A stretch of 64,000 nt of DNA from Octopus sinensis (lineage: Eukaryota): NCBI RefSeq assembly GCF_006345805.1, contig NC_042999.1, forward strand, positions 16,368,001 through 16,432,000. The letters run 5' to 3'. Below, one piece after another: positions 34,787 through 48,823 of this stretch. A program made the position numbers and the translations under genes. A model generated the notes under the pieces. The model saw nothing but the letters and a program-made list of their open reading frames with translations. It was not told where the DNA came from and made no database searches. The first letter of the stretch is position 1, and every line of letters starts with the position of its first letter.

Positions 34787-35479
34787 GAGATTTTTCAAAT
34801 CCGAAACAAGTGAACAGGTTTTAAAGGTCTCTAATGCTTGTAAAAATTTTGGCAGAATTATAAATCCGTGACAAGGATTACAGCAAAGACCATCTGGTAA
34901 CTACTACCAGCTAACTATTATTGATGAATAGGAATTTCTATATGAATTTTCACTGAAAAAGATATCATTTTTCATCTGTTTTAAACTATATTTATTTTCA
35001 TCTTCAACATCTCTGAATTTATTCATTCTGACAGGGGCACTCAACTTTGTGAAGAGTTTATTTCATTATGTCTCCAAGAAAAATCTATCTTTTCCTGTTA
35101 TATAACGATTTAAGCATCGGAGGAACAGAAGCGCACAAGATACCTACACTCTCACCTGAATCATATTCGCGATTTAGCATTATAGCTTCTACACAGTATT
35201 GCATTTCCATCTGTTATGAAATAATTCTTAAATGATATAAGATTTCTTTACGAAAGTTGCCGTAGTTTGCCATAGTTTTATTAAACCAAAAGTCTGGCGC
35301 AAGAATGGGTTATTTTCTACTCAGTGGTAAACATGTGTACAAAAAAATATATCGAGATTAGTAAGCATAGAAAACCATTTCTAAGGAGGTTAAAAATAAA
35401 TATTACACAAATTAAAGCATAATATAAAATACGTGAGACACAATAAATGGTTATCTTTCCCAAATCTACGATCGAATAC

Positions 35480-35880
35480 TCTTCTACTCTTTTACTTGGA
35501 CTGTGGCAATGCTGGAGCACCGACTTAATCGAGCAAATCGACCCCAGGACTTAGTCTTTGGAAGCCTACCACTTATTCTACCGGTGCTCTTTTGCCGTAT
35601 CGCTAATGTTACGGGGATGTAAACACACCAGCATCGGTTGTCAAACGATGTTGGAGTGGGGGGGGGGGGCAAACACAGACACACAAACATATACACACAC
35701 ACATATATATATATACATATATACGACGGGCTTCTTTCAGTTTCCGTCTACCAAATCCACTCACAAGGCTTTAGTCAACCCGAAGCTATAGTAGAAGACA
35801 CTTGCCCAAGGTGCCACGCAGTAGGGCTGAACCCGGAACCATGTGGTTCGTAATCAAGCTACTTACCACACAGCCACTCC
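35480..35880 (-). mobile_element. SINE family B
   Basis: Matches B in reverse. Confidence 0.9.
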
Positions 35881-36584
35881 AGACAGCTGTGCGTAATTTG
35901 AAGGAGATTTCGCTATTGTTTCTTGCAGCTCAATCTTCATTGGCTCATAAAATATTTATATTTCAAACCACGATCGTTAGTTATATTAATGTTTCCACGT
36001 GTTAGAAGGGAGTTGGTTGATTCGGTGAAATCTACTGACATCTATTAGTCTGGAACCAGGTTTCTAGGTAATTTATGCAAAACAGTGAAATTGTTGTGCA
36101 GCTGTGTCAAAAGAATGGTACCAGGATATGACTATGATGTCATCTAATTTTTTTGAGGCAATATGAATATTTCGTGGAAGTGGGCGAAAGCCGTGTACTT
36201 ATAACTTGACAAGACTGATCGTTTGGCATATCCATTCAGAAAATCGCAGCTTGTACATCTGTTGTACACTACATCGGTTTGGCATGCCGACGTAGAAACA
36301 TAGTAAGCCACTTAGCTTTTTGTGTTGTTTTTAAGGAGGTGTTGAATTCTTTGTGTATAAATGGGTTGCGAAGAGAACATAGTCGAAAGATTCGTTGTTG
36401 TTAATTATAGTTAAGAAAGTAGTGTGTGTAGATTCTAGTTAAGATGTTGCGTGTGTGTGTCTGTATTGTGGAAGGTTTCCTGCAGTCTGTCTAAAGTTTA
36501 GGATTAATGAGGTGACCGAGTGTAGAGGTCTAAGTCTATGCAGAAAGAGAAATGCATCGACCAGTGATTATAAGACATTACTCT

Positions 36585-37003
36585 TTACTCTTTTACTGGT
36601 TTCAGGCATTTGACTGTGGCCATGCTGGAGCACCGCCTTTTAGTCGAGCAAATCGACCCCAGGACTTATTATTTGTAAGCCTACTACTTATTCTATTGGT
36701 CTCTTTTGCCGAACCGCTAAGTTACCGGTAGGTAAACACACCAGCATCGGTTGTCAAGCGATGTTCGGGTGAGGGGGTGGGGGCAAACAGAGACACACAA
36801 ACATACACACACACAAGTACATATATATATATACATAGACGACGGGCTTCTTTCAGTTTCCGTCTACCAAATTCACTCACAAGGCTTTGGTCGGCCCGAG
36901 GCTATAGAAGAAGACACTTGCTCAAGATGCCATGCAGTGGGACTGAACCCGTAACCATGTGGTTGGTAAGCAAGATACTTACCACACAGCCACTCCTACG
37001 CCT
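36585..37003 (-). mobile_element. SINE family B
   Basis: Matches B in reverse. Confidence 0.9.
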
Positions 37004-37509
37004 ATTCGTTTACATTATTGGATATTTCGTTTCTTTCTTGTTTGTCGCTGAGTTTTACTAGGAATATCATTATTGTTTTTATCAAGTTTCTGTAAAAACC
37101 CAAGGAGCACGCGCAAATTCAAAGACTTTCCAGCGATGACCATCTCATATTTTTCCAGACTACATTAGCACTACATTAGACTACATTACGTGCTTTTAGA
37201 TGCTTTAAGACGATAGTGTGATTTGACAGAAATTCAGCTTCTAAATCCAACCAAATGTTTGTTAAATTGAGTCTCTTTGGATGAAAGACACCGAGTTCAT
37301 ATATGTCATATTCTGCAACCTGAATCTGGTGCCTTGTGAAAATGTCTTTTATTCTGTTCTTGCAAGTGAAGTTCAACGACAATGAAAATGTCCTTTCTTT
37401 AATGAAGCATTTAACACTTTCTGAATGCGACAGTGCAGTAAAATGGCTATTTCACGTTTTCTTACTGCCGCTGCATTTCTGTAGGAGCTATTCTTTCGGT
37501 TTTCGCCAT

Positions 37510-37582
37510 TGATGTATGTATGCATGTATGTATGTATGTATGTATGTATGTATGTATGTATGTATGTATCTTTCTAGCTATG

Positions 37583-37634
<52 letters not shown>

Positions 37635-37688
37635 CATATGTATATACATACATATATATATGTCTATATATATATATATTATACATAC

Positions 37689-37724
<36 letters not shown>

Positions 37725-37773
37725 TATATACATACATATATATATGTTTATATATATATATATATATATATAC

Positions 37774-37820
<47 letters not shown>

Positions 37821-38060
37821 ATAATATATATATAATATATATACATATATACACACATATATATATAATACATATATATATATTATATATATATATATTA
37901 TATATATATATATATACATACATATATATATGTCTATATATATATATATACATACATATTATATATATACATACATATATATATGTCTATATATATATAT
38001 ATATACATACATATATATATATATATAATATATATATATACATACATACATATATATATA

Positions 38061-38091
<31 letters not shown>

Positions 38092-38180
38092 CATACATAT
38101 ATATATACATATATACACACATATATATATACATACATATATATATATATGTATATATATATGTTTATATATATATATAT

Positions 38181-38227
<47 letters not shown>

Positions 38228-38276
38228 CACACATATATATATATATGTATATATATATACATACATATATTATATA

Positions 38277-38316
<40 letters not shown>

Positions 38317-38448
38317 CATATATATATATATATATATATACATACATACATATATATATTATATATATATATATACACACATACACACACACACATATAT
38401 GTATATCATTATTACATACGCACATACACAAATGCAACTATATACAAG

Positions 38449-38500
<52 letters not shown>

Positions 38501-38560
38501 GACTCGCACACACATACACACACACATATATAGAGAGACTCGCACACATACACACATAAT
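37510..38560. repeat. ~1-kb compound (TATG)/(TA)/(TACA)/(CA) microsatellite
   Basis: Direct reading. Confidence 0.97.
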
Positions 38561-38899
38561 ATTAAGAAGTTTTATTCTTATCGATGTTCATTGTGTGATC
38601 ATAGACAGATAACTCGCTGTGTAACACTAGTTAATGGTTACATCACGCGCACGCACACGCACACACACATGAAGTAAGGTGCCTTTAACTTCGAGTAACA
38701 ATTATTACGAAAACTGATAAAGCGGTAAAGTGTTGAGTGAGAATTCAACGGAATTCAACAGAACCGAATTTGAAATACAATAAAATAGGAAACGTGTAGT
38801 TAGTTATTTTGACCCTATCAACCACGAAAAGCAGGCTTATATCAAAGACATTCCAGCCGTGACTATTCCACTTATTTATAGATTCATTACCACATTAAA

Positions 38900-39720
38900 G
38901 GTGGAGAGCTGTGATGTGAGAGTCGTTAGCACTTCGGGCTAACGACTGTTACAAAATGTTTAGCAGTATTTCGTCTGCCGCTACGTTCTAAGTTCAAATT
39001 CCGCCGAGGTCGACTTTGCCTTTCATCTTTTCGGGGTCGATTAAATAAGTTCTAGTTACGCACTGGGGTCGATATAATCGAATTAATCCGTGTGTCTGTC
39101 CTTGTTTGTCCTCTCTGTGTTTAGCCCCTTGTGGGTAGTAAAGAAATAGGTATTTCGTCTGTCTTTACGTTCTGAGTTCAAATTCTGCTGAGGTCGACTT
39201 TGCCTTTTATCCTTTCGGGGTCGATAAATTAAAGTACCAGTCGAGCACTGGGGTTGATGTAATCAACTAGTCCACTCCCACCTAACTTCAGGCTTTGTGC
39301 CTTTAGTAGAAAGGGTTATCAATGCTAAAAAGGTGGCGAGCTGGCAGAATGGTTAGCACGCCAGGCAAAGCATTTAGCTGCATTTCGTCTGTTTTCACGT
39401 TCTGAGTTCATATTCCGGTGAAGTCAACTTTCCCTTTCGCTGGGGTTGGTGCAATCGACTTACCCACTTCCCGAAATTGTCAGACGTGTGCCAAAATATG
39501 AAATCAATATTTATTAACACATTGTCCCACGTGCCTTTATATATTCAAATGATAGTATGAGTTCATATACCGTCGAGGTTATCTTTAACTTTTATCCTTT
39601 CGAGGTCGATAAAATAAAGTACCAGTAAAGTACTGGGGTCAATGTAATCGACTTACCTGTCCCCACTTCATAATTGCTGGTCTTGTCCTAAAATTTGAAA
39701 GAAAATTTGAATCTATATTT
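38900..39720 (+). mobile_element. SINE family A tandem cluster
   Basis: About 4 A units, same strand. Confidence 0.9.
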
Positions 39721-39909
39721 ATCCGGCAGTGTAGTTCTACGGCTGCTATTTCTAGCAACTGTGTAGAAGTTTTCTCCTTGGTTCAAGGACCTTTAAAACA
39801 AAGCCCTCTCGGCATGATGTACTATGCACATCCCCAACTCTACGAACGGTCAGTCACACCTATAAAGTAGTCATGAGACTACTTTATAGGTGTGAATGAA
39901 GGTGGCTTG

Positions 39910-40090
39910 GTGGTTATGATTGATCGCTAGCTATTAAACCTTTTTATTTTCTCTCTCTCTGCTTATTTTTGTGTTCCCTTTTGCTGAAGAGCGTAGGCAC
40001 GAAATGTAAAAGACTTTTTCACTTCCCGTGCATTAAACTAATACGTTTGTTTGTTGTTTACACACCCGTCTTCATCTTTTGTTTTGTAAA
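39910..40090 (+). mobile_element. Diverged copy of the 190-bp Penelope-like repeat
   Basis: GATCGCTAG...CTTTTGCTGAAGAGCGTAGGCACGAAATGTAAAAGACTTTTTCACTTCCC. Confidence 0.7.
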
Positions 40091-40394
40091 TTCCAACTAC
40101 TTGGCTAACGTTCGATTTCCGGCGGCGCACTGTGTCCTAGATCAAGACACTTTATTTCACGTTGTACCATCCATTTATTAGCCAAAAGAATGACAAGTAT
40201 TTCAAAGGGACAGCCTTGTTGCATTCTTTGTCACGCCACGCTGAATCTTCCCGAGAACTACGCGTGTCTGTTAATTTCTCGAGCAGGTTGTTCCATTGAT
40301 CAGATCAACTGGAACGAGTGCCAGTTACTTTAGTGGTAATATGTATAATATTCTATGTAGAAATGAGGCAGCGAACCGCAAGAACCGTTAACAC

Positions 40395-41430
40395 AGCAGA
40401 CAAAATGCTTAGCGGTATTCTGCGGGCTGGCAGAAACGTTAGCAAACCGGGCGAAATGCTTAGCGGTATTTCGTTGCCGCTACGTTCTGAGTTCAAATTC
40501 CACCGAGGTCGACTTTGCCTTTCATCCTTTCGGGGTCGATAAATCAAGTACCAGTTACGCACTGGGGTCGATATAACTGACTTAATCCATTTGTCCGTCC
40601 TTGATTGTCCCCTCTGTGTTTAGTTCCTTGTGGGTAGTAAAGTAATAGGTATTTCGTCTGCCGTTACGTTCTGAGTTCAAATTCCGCCGAGGTCGACTTT
40701 ACCTTTCATCCTTTCGGGGTCGATAAATTAAGTACCAGTTACGCACTGGGGTTGATATAATCGACTTAATCCTTTTGTCTGTCCTTGTCTGTCCTTGTCC
40801 TCTCTGTGTTTAGCCCCTTGTGGGTAGTAAAGAAATAGGTATTTCTTCCATCTTCACGTTCTGAGTTCAAATTCCGCCAAGCTCAACGTTACCTTTCATC
40901 CTTTTGGGGTCGATAAATTAAGTATCAGTTGAACACTAAAGTTGATCTAATCGATTTATCCCCTCTACCGAAATTGCTGGCCTTGTACCAAAATTTTAAA
41001 CAAAATTCTATGTAGGAACAAAGTAATGCACTGATAGAATCTTAATCGCGCCAGACAAAATGCTGAGTGGTATGTGTTTTCGACTTAGCGTTCTAAGTTC
41101 AAATGCCGCCGGTGTCAACTTTGCCTTTTGTTTTTCGGGGTCTATACAAAAAATACCAGTTGAACACTGGGGTCGATGTAACTGATTTACTTTGAAATCA
41201 ATATTTTATGCAGGAATAAGGCAATGCGTTGGCAGAATCATTACCGTGCCGAACAAAATGCGTAGCGGCATTTCTTCCGACTTTATGTTCTGACTTTAAT
41301 TTCCTCCAGAGTCGATTTCGTCTTTTATCCTTTCGAGGTCAGCAAAATAAGTCCCAGTTGAGCCCTGGGGCCGATGGAATCGCCTTACCCGCTATACCCC
41401 GAACTTGCAGGTCTCGTACCAAAATTTGAA
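40395..41430 (+). mobile_element. SINE family A tandem cluster
   Basis: About 5 A units including a trimer. Confidence 0.9.
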
Positions 41431-41864
41431 ACCAGGAATTGGCCGCATTGAAGGTCTTGGACTGATGGGGCGGGAAACTGAAATAAACCATAACTTATGG
41501 CTTATTCTCAGACCAGACTCTTGGCTACTTGCAACAGAGTGGATACCTCTAAACGGACCAGTGAACCAGGAGATTGTGTTAAGCCGAGCGAGAAATTAAC
41601 TCTACCACTTTTTTTTTTCCATTTTGATCTTCCATAACTTTATGATATGCACATTAGCATTTTTTTGTTTTTGGTATTTTTGTTGCTGGTTTTTATTTAT
41701 TCTATTGTCATTCGTTAATATTAAAGCGTTTATTGACGAGATGTCTGCTAAGCACTCCCACTGCGTTTGTGATCGTACTTGCGTCTGAAAAGCGAAAGAA
41801 AAAGAAGTCTCCGTCAGAGCCCGCGCGCGCGCGTAGATTCAATGTTTACAACCAGTGAAACTAC

Positions 41865-42210
41865 TACTGCTGCTGCTGTTACTACTACTACTACAACTAC
41901 CACCACCACCACAAACCACTACTACTACTATTACCACCACCACAAACCGCTGCTACTACTACTACTACTACTACTACTATTACCACCACCACCACCACAA
42001 TCTCCACCATCACCACCACTACTATTACTACTACTACTACCACCATCGCCACAGCGGCGGCTGTTGTTGCTGCTACTGCTGTTGCTAACTGCTGCTCGTG
42101 TGTGTGTGTGTGTACGTGTGTGTGTATGCTTGTGTGTACATACATATACACATACACACAGATATACATACACACAAACACGCACACACACACACGTATA
42201 CACACGTTAA
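41865..42210. repeat. (CTA)/(CCA)/(CTG) trinucleotide then (TG)/(CA) repeats
   Basis: Direct reading. Confidence 0.95.
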
Positions 42211-42264
42211 AGATTTACACAAAGCTGTGTATTTATATAATTTGAAAATAAGACGTTTATGAAA

Positions 42265-42652
42265 TACTAGCAGTATCGCCCGGCGTTGCACAGGTTTGTA
42301 AGGGAAATAACTATAAAGCATTTTTAGAGAGTTATAGCCAAAAAATAGCAAAAAAATGGAAAAAAATGATGGTAAATTTTTTTTTGAGATTTAAAAAAGG
42401 TAGAGTTGCGTCCCCTAGACAGTTTGTGGTTCGTATTCCTGATTCTCGACCCCATGTCGAATTTATCGATTTTTTTCAGAACTGGGGGAACTTTTCAAAA
42501 TTTTCGCTGCGTTAGTTTTGAATTATGACATTGGGCTATGTGTGTGTCAAGTTTCATCAGAATCGGTTGAAAGCCGTGGTCAGGGTGAGGGTACAAGCAA
42601 ACAGACACACAGAAACACGCACAGACAAACTGCCGTTTATATAGAGAGAGAT
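42265..42652 (+). mobile_element. Helentron-associated non-autonomous element (HINE/DINE-1-like)
   Basis: 5' TACTAGCAGTATCGCCCGGCGTTGC; 3' AAGTTTCATCAGAATCGG...ACAGACACACAG...GTTTATATAGAGAGAGAT. Confidence 0.75.
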
Positions 42653-43120
42653 AAATGTAAATAATTTGAAAATTCTGAAAAAAAGATTCGGTTCGAATTT
42701 CTAAGAGCCGTGGTATCTCCTCCATTTCAGAAGACACCAACTGATTGAAGAGATGGAAAGCAAAAGTATCATGCAACGTTTAGCTATAAATGAGCAATTT
42801 AAGACGATCACTCTGGAGAGTGTCAATAGTCTAACAACCATGTTTTGGTAAAGTACCAAAAACAGGAACTGAAAAAGCTATCAAGCAGAAATAAAAATGG
42901 AATAAATTCAAGACGTATAAGAGAAAGAAAATGAAAGAAAACCAAAAAAAAAAAAAAAGCTGAAATACAAAAAAAAAAAAAGAAAAAAAAAATTATAGAA
43001 AAATCAAATAGCGTTAGCAATTGATTATATTTGTATCTAAGAGTAATCTGTTAAAAACACTGTAGTGAAGCAAAAGAACAGCTTTTAAGAAAACTAAAAC
43101 ATAAAGCCTATATCTTTCAG

Positions 43121-43176
43121 CTTCGCTAGCTCCGATTCTCATTAAACAACCAGTGCGATGTGTCTGTATTGTTAAG
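43121..43176 (+). other. Candidate exon (likely 5' UTR) of a plus-strand gene
   Basis: Acceptor CCTATATCTTTCAG, donor AAG|GTAAGG; unique sequence. Confidence 0.5.
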
Positions 43177-44275
43177 GTAAGGCAAAACTGAACGTCGCTC
43201 TGTGTCGTTGTTGACGCCGAACGGGTTGATTCTGTGTGAAATGTTTTATAACGTGGAAAAGGTTCGGAGTCATTGCTAAGTAACCCAAACAAAAGTCTCT
43301 GTGGGTAATGAGATCAACTGGAAACTCATTCATATCTTAAGCAAACTCTAAAATTCTCAGTACGAACACTTCCTACACTTAAATGCTAAATGGAAATAAT
43401 TCTATTTGATTTTATGTAAAATAAATAAAAAGAATATATAAATAAATAAAAATAAATGAAAGATGAAAAATAAAAAAAGTTAAATAAAAATATAAAATTC
43501 TAATTTTAGAAAGTAAAGAATTTCTCTGTTTGTCTCAGGCCTAATAAATATATTTTTTCAAACATTTAACAGGAATTTTATTACATCAAATTACCCCGTA
43601 AACCTCATAAATTAATGCGTAATGTGTTAGTGATGGTTTAAGTAGTATAGTAGTCTTAAACCAAAGTGTTAGCTGCAATACGATCTTTCTCTATTAGTTA
43701 TCCTTCGATTAGCTCACAACCCAATAATATTGGTGAGAAAGCAGGAGCTATTATAACATATATGCTATTATAATAAGCACTAGATGCGTGGGATAAAGCT
43801 AAAAAACCTCAGATGCATTCTGGAATCAGATTATAGATTCTACTCTCTTTTAGCTTATCGATTTACTCCAGACCAGGAGTACTCAACTATTTTTTATCTA
43901 TCGACCCCTTTGATTACTGTTTCATTCTGGTTGACCCCTACCATAGCCATTCGATGTTTAAAAACTAGTTTTATAGAAGCTTCTTTCGAGATTCCGATTT
44001 TGTTTTCCACACATTCATTTGTGTAGGTTGAGCTATGTTAAAATGTTAGAGAAAGAAACCCAGCTGTTTCTTGCAATACATACGTCTAAAGCAAAGATTT
44101 TTCAGGGCCCCTTAAAATACTATTGTGGATCCCATATTTACTATTTTGTTACGCGGACCTCAAAAATCTTATGTGACCCCTTAGTGGCCATATGGACCCC
44201 AGTTTTGAACCACCGCTCTGATCAATTGCCACCCTGAGATCAATATAAATTCAATGTCTTAGGCCATTACTATTA

Positions 44276-44439
44276 CCGTAATTATTCGAGTATAAGTCGC
44301 GCTCTTGTATAAGTCGTACTCCTAATTTAGAGCTAAATCCCCTTCATATTTCTAGCTTTGATCGAGTATAAGTCACCTCCAGTTTGTTTCAGTTAAAATC
44401 AAGTACGGAGTAATGCGACTTATAGACGTGTAAGTATGG
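44276..44439. mobile_element. Tc2/pogo-like MITE
   Basis: TA|CCGTAATTATTCGAGTATAAGTCGC ... GCGACTTATAGACGTGTAAGTATGG; internal repeats of GTATAAGTC. Confidence 0.6.
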
Positions 44440-45559
44440 TTATTAAACGAATTATTCAAAAATAACCGCAAAGCAACCTCAAATTCCGGGAATCTCTCAA
44501 CCCATTGGATTGTAGTGGCGCATGTGGAAAATATATTATTCTCTTGTGCATGTTATAAACAAACCGTTCTAGTATACTGCGCCCTCTGTTAGCTACAGAC
44601 AGGAGGTGTATAGCTCGGTATTTGAAGAAGCGAACTACTTCACGTTACCGTTGCTGTATAGAATTATATATATACCATGTTAATCGATGAGTATATTTAA
44701 GAATTAAATGCCCCAGACGCGTATTAATTCAGTTATATGTAATAAAAATTGTCAACAGATTGATTTTATGACACTGTTTTATGAACAAGGAAATATAAAA
44801 AGGAAATGATATATCACTGTTAAATCGTCTTTTTACTTGTCTATAGTCAATGCAGTCAGCAGTTGGCATTGATATTATTGTGTTGTGTTTATAATATTCC
44901 CATTACACAACACAACACACACATACACATATATACGCTTATGAGCCAGAGTGTAAGAGTGACAGGATCATAAAATGTTTGCTGTAAACTCATAAGTTTA
45001 ATTTTGCCGGTAAGCATGATATTGGCTTCTCTAAGATGACATGTTACTAGTGAATATTCCATGTTTAAAACGATATCAGTTTGAACCAAGGGATTAAGTG
45101 TCTCTCCGTAATGGCATTAAAATTGCTGCTAGTTTTGTCAAACTCCAGGTCAACATAGATCGTGTGGATAAATGTTCAAAGGCATTTCAGCTACTATTAT
45201 AGATTACTCTATTAGTTTCTATCATCCAATAATTCTGGTGAAGAAGCCCGAGGTATTGTTGCGTTCTTGCAATTCTAACAAGCACTGAATGTGTAGATAA
45301 AGCAAAATGGCTATTAAGACTTATCTTCTCCTCCTTGCGTCACCAGATCGATGAACCATTTCTGGTAAATTCCTTACTAAGTTGTTATGAAACTTCGTGG
45401 GAAAAGGCTAAGAAATCTGTCTTTCATATTTTTCAAGCGTTTTTCTTTTTTTTTAAGAGACTTTAGTGTTAATCACTTCGAGGGCTCTCAGCTCTTTGAT
45501 GGAGTCAAAAAGGCATCGGTGTGTAGTGTCTTCGATACTTTAAGAACCCATGCGTTCTA

Positions 45560-45815
45560 GAGAGAAGGGGAAAGAGATAAAGAGAAGGAGAGAAAGGGGG
45601 AGAGAAAGAGAGAAAAAGAAAGCGAGAAAGAGGGAGAGGGGTGGGAAATAGAGGGGGAGGTGAGAGAGGAAGGTGAGAAAGAAAGAGAGAGATGAGAGAA
45701 AAAGAGAGAAGAAGAGTGAGAGAGATGTGGGTGACAGACGAAGAGAGACAGAGAAAGGGAGATAGAGAGAGGTGAGAAAGATGCGGCAGAGAGAGGTGGG
45801 AGAGAGAGGGAAAGA
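45560..45815. repeat. GA-rich polypurine tract, followed by a 5'-clipped SINE A (45815-46020, +)
   Basis: Direct reading. Confidence 0.9.
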
Positions 45816-46324
45816 GGGAAAATTCCGCTGAGGTCGACTTTGCTTTTCATCCTTTCGGGGTCGATAATATAAGCATCAGTTGAGTACTGGGGTCGATATA
45901 ATCGACTTAATCCCTTTGCCTGTTCTTGTTTGTCCCCTCTGTGTTTAGCCCCTTGTGGGTAGTAAACTAACTCCCTCTCCGAAAATTGCTGGCTTTGTGC
46001 CAAAATGTAAAATCAATATTTAAACGGTATTATTGACAACTTTATTTGCTTTGAGATCCAACTTTCCAAACAATTTCAGAAGCATTTTTGTAGGTATGTA
46101 GATTAAAGTTGTAATTAATTATGGTGAATGAGTATTGAGGATTCAAGTGAGAGAGAAAATAAGTAGTGGTCGGGTAATAAAAGGTAAAAAAAAAGGAGTT
46201 AATATCCAACCCCAGGTTAGGGCTATGGCCCGTCAGTCCAAAGGTTTCTTTTTGTCTGTTTGTTTTTCTAGACAGATTCAGCATCCATCACCGGCTTGTC
46301 AGGCCTGTGGTGTCTTCACCATAT

Positions 46325-46712
46325 TGCAAAGTTTTGCTAGCTCAGTAACCTGTAGGAACGGGAAATACAGTGTTTTGTTCAAGAATACAATGCATCGCCC
46401 GATCCAGGAACCGAAACCACAATCTTATGATTACGAATCCAACAACTATAACGACTAAGCCACGCACCCTTTTTAAAGCCTAGCCAGGTTCATGGTCCCG
46501 ATTTCCCGGTTTCTATAGCATATGTGTTCCCCAGCTGGACAGGACGCCAGTCCATCGCAGCGTTACTCATTTTTGCCATCTGAGTGGACTGGAGCAACGC
46601 GAAATGAAGTGTTTTGCTCAAGAACACAACGCGTCGCCCGATCCAGGAATCGAAACCACAATCTTACGATCATGATGCTGACACCCTAACCACTAAGCCA
46701 CGCACATCCACA
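46325..46712 (-). mobile_element. Two SINE family D-variant copies (one partial)
   Basis: Minus strand GTGGCTTAGTGGTTAGGGTG...GGTTTCGATTCCTGGATCGGG...GTGTTCTTGAGCAAAACACTTCATTTC. Confidence 0.8.
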
Positions 46713-47679
46713 AGCTGGTCATGTGTTGAAGTCAATTAATAGCGACTCTGCCTTTTCGGAAGTGTTGGCGTCATGACAAGGCATCACCATTATTATCCAC
46801 GGACGATGTTGTATGCGCGTAGTAATGAAAGAACAAGGTGAAATATTTTTCCCATGTTTCCTTATCGGAACTATAACATGTCATAATAGCTCATGCACAC
46901 TTGAAAAAGTAAACAAATTGTATTCCGAGAGGAATTGTTACACATTTTTATCAATAATTCTGACAAGATATTTACCGATTCTACATCACATCTATAAACA
47001 CATGAAACTCCAACGAATGAAAATATAGATTACAAAGAAGAAAACCAAACAGATGAGCATGAAAAAAAAAAAAAAAAGGTGGGGGAGGAGAGAATGGAAA
47101 ATTTTAAATAAAATAAAATACGATACACCACAATTTATTTTATGCAGAATCTGGAGTCGATATCTGCACAATAAAATACAGAAATTTAAAAAATATATTC
47201 TGGTTTTATTGGAAATTTGAAATATACATTAGTAACAGAATTATAAAGTGCTTTATGGAGCTCAATATCTGAATAAATGGCTGTGTGATTTAACCAAGTG
47301 TATTACACATTTGCGAATGTGAACCAAACAACGTCTATACGTTACCACATGCGCTAACGCACAGACACATGCGTTTGTATGTGTGTAGGTATACGTTCAC
47401 ACATATATGTATATAAATGCATAAGCATGCGTATAGCTTATTTTGGCCGAATCAGTCGGGTGTTGCTCTAGAGTTTCCTGTGGTGACCTATTTATTGAAC
47501 CACCCATCCTTACAGATTCATGGAAGAAAATAGTCGATCGGCCATCATGGAAAAAAAAAACTGGAGTAACAACCAACTCATTTGGCCGGAATCAATTATG
47601 GTACTCTGCCACGTTATTTAGTACTCTATCTCAGGTTCCACTTTCTTTCCTACTCTATCTCTGTCTCTGTTTTTCTTTC

Positions 47680-47686
47680 TACACAC

Positions 47687-47750
<64 letters not shown>

Positions 47751-47773
47751 TACATACACACACACACACACAC

Positions 47774-47840
<67 letters not shown>

Positions 47841-47850
47841 GACATACATA
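47680..47850. repeat. (CA)n microsatellite, followed by a SINE B head (47860-48000, +)
   Basis: Direct reading. Confidence 0.92.
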
Positions 47851-48129
47851 AGCATAAACACACTGGCTTCCCAACAACATGGTTCCAGGTTCAGTCCATT
47901 CGTGGCACTTTGAGCAAGTGTCTTCTGCTATAACCTCGAATCAATCAAAGCCAGTGAGGGGATTTGGTAGACGGAAACTGAAAGAAGCCTGTCATATATA
48001 TGTGTGTGTGTGTGTATGTGTGTACATATGTGTATACATATATATATACATATATGTGTGTGTGTCTTTGTGCCTGTGTTTATGTTCTGTTATCCATATT
48101 ATTTTTACGAAATTTGAATCTAGCTAACG

Positions 48130-48590
48130 ATTTCGAAGCAAATTCTACATAAATGTGGATTGTTCTATAAAGCAGCTGAATCCTGACATTGACTTTACTT
48201 TTGATTCCTTAAGTCGACCCAGGAGGTTTAGCTGCTACTTTAATAGTTTCATTTAGCAAGTTAACCATCATTCATTGCGATTCACTGCAGGTTTTCCAAA
48301 TATTTCTGGCTATACATAAGGACTTTTGGAATTTTGCTGAGTTTCAGTTTGATGACATAATTATTCTATTTTAATTGGAATCGCAAAAGAGAGGATTCAA
48401 CATCACCGATTTTACATTTAGAGAATAGGCCAATATTCAAAATCCTGTCATTCAGCCTGTATCCGTAAATGGTCTGAAAACTCCATGTATAAAAAGGCAT
48501 CAATCTGGTTGGTATGTCTTCGTTAGGGCATTCAAGATTCTGATCAGAGCAGGAGAGTAGAAAGGATTTCATCCAGGCAGACATTAATTT
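48130..48590 (-). mobile_element. Possible very decayed LINE endonuclease/linker fragment
   Basis: Broken frames with NQIDAFLY and LLNETIKVAAK..WV..GIK-like segments. Confidence 0.3.
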
Positions 48591-48624
48591 TGCAGCCGAT
48601 GAGATTCTTCGTTTATCCCATAGA

Positions 48625-48700
<76 letters not shown>

Positions 48701-48823
48701 ATATATATATATATATATTATATATATATATTATTGAAAACAAGTGGATGTATTCCACCGAAACTAGGTAAATAAAACCATCGAACAGAGATTGTCAGAA
48801 GCGACACCTACTGGTCTGGCTAC

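Noticed and set aside
44060-44220. hAT-like terminal motif GGACCCCAGTTTTGAACCACCG
   Set aside because: No matching left end or TSD found, so not called as a feature.
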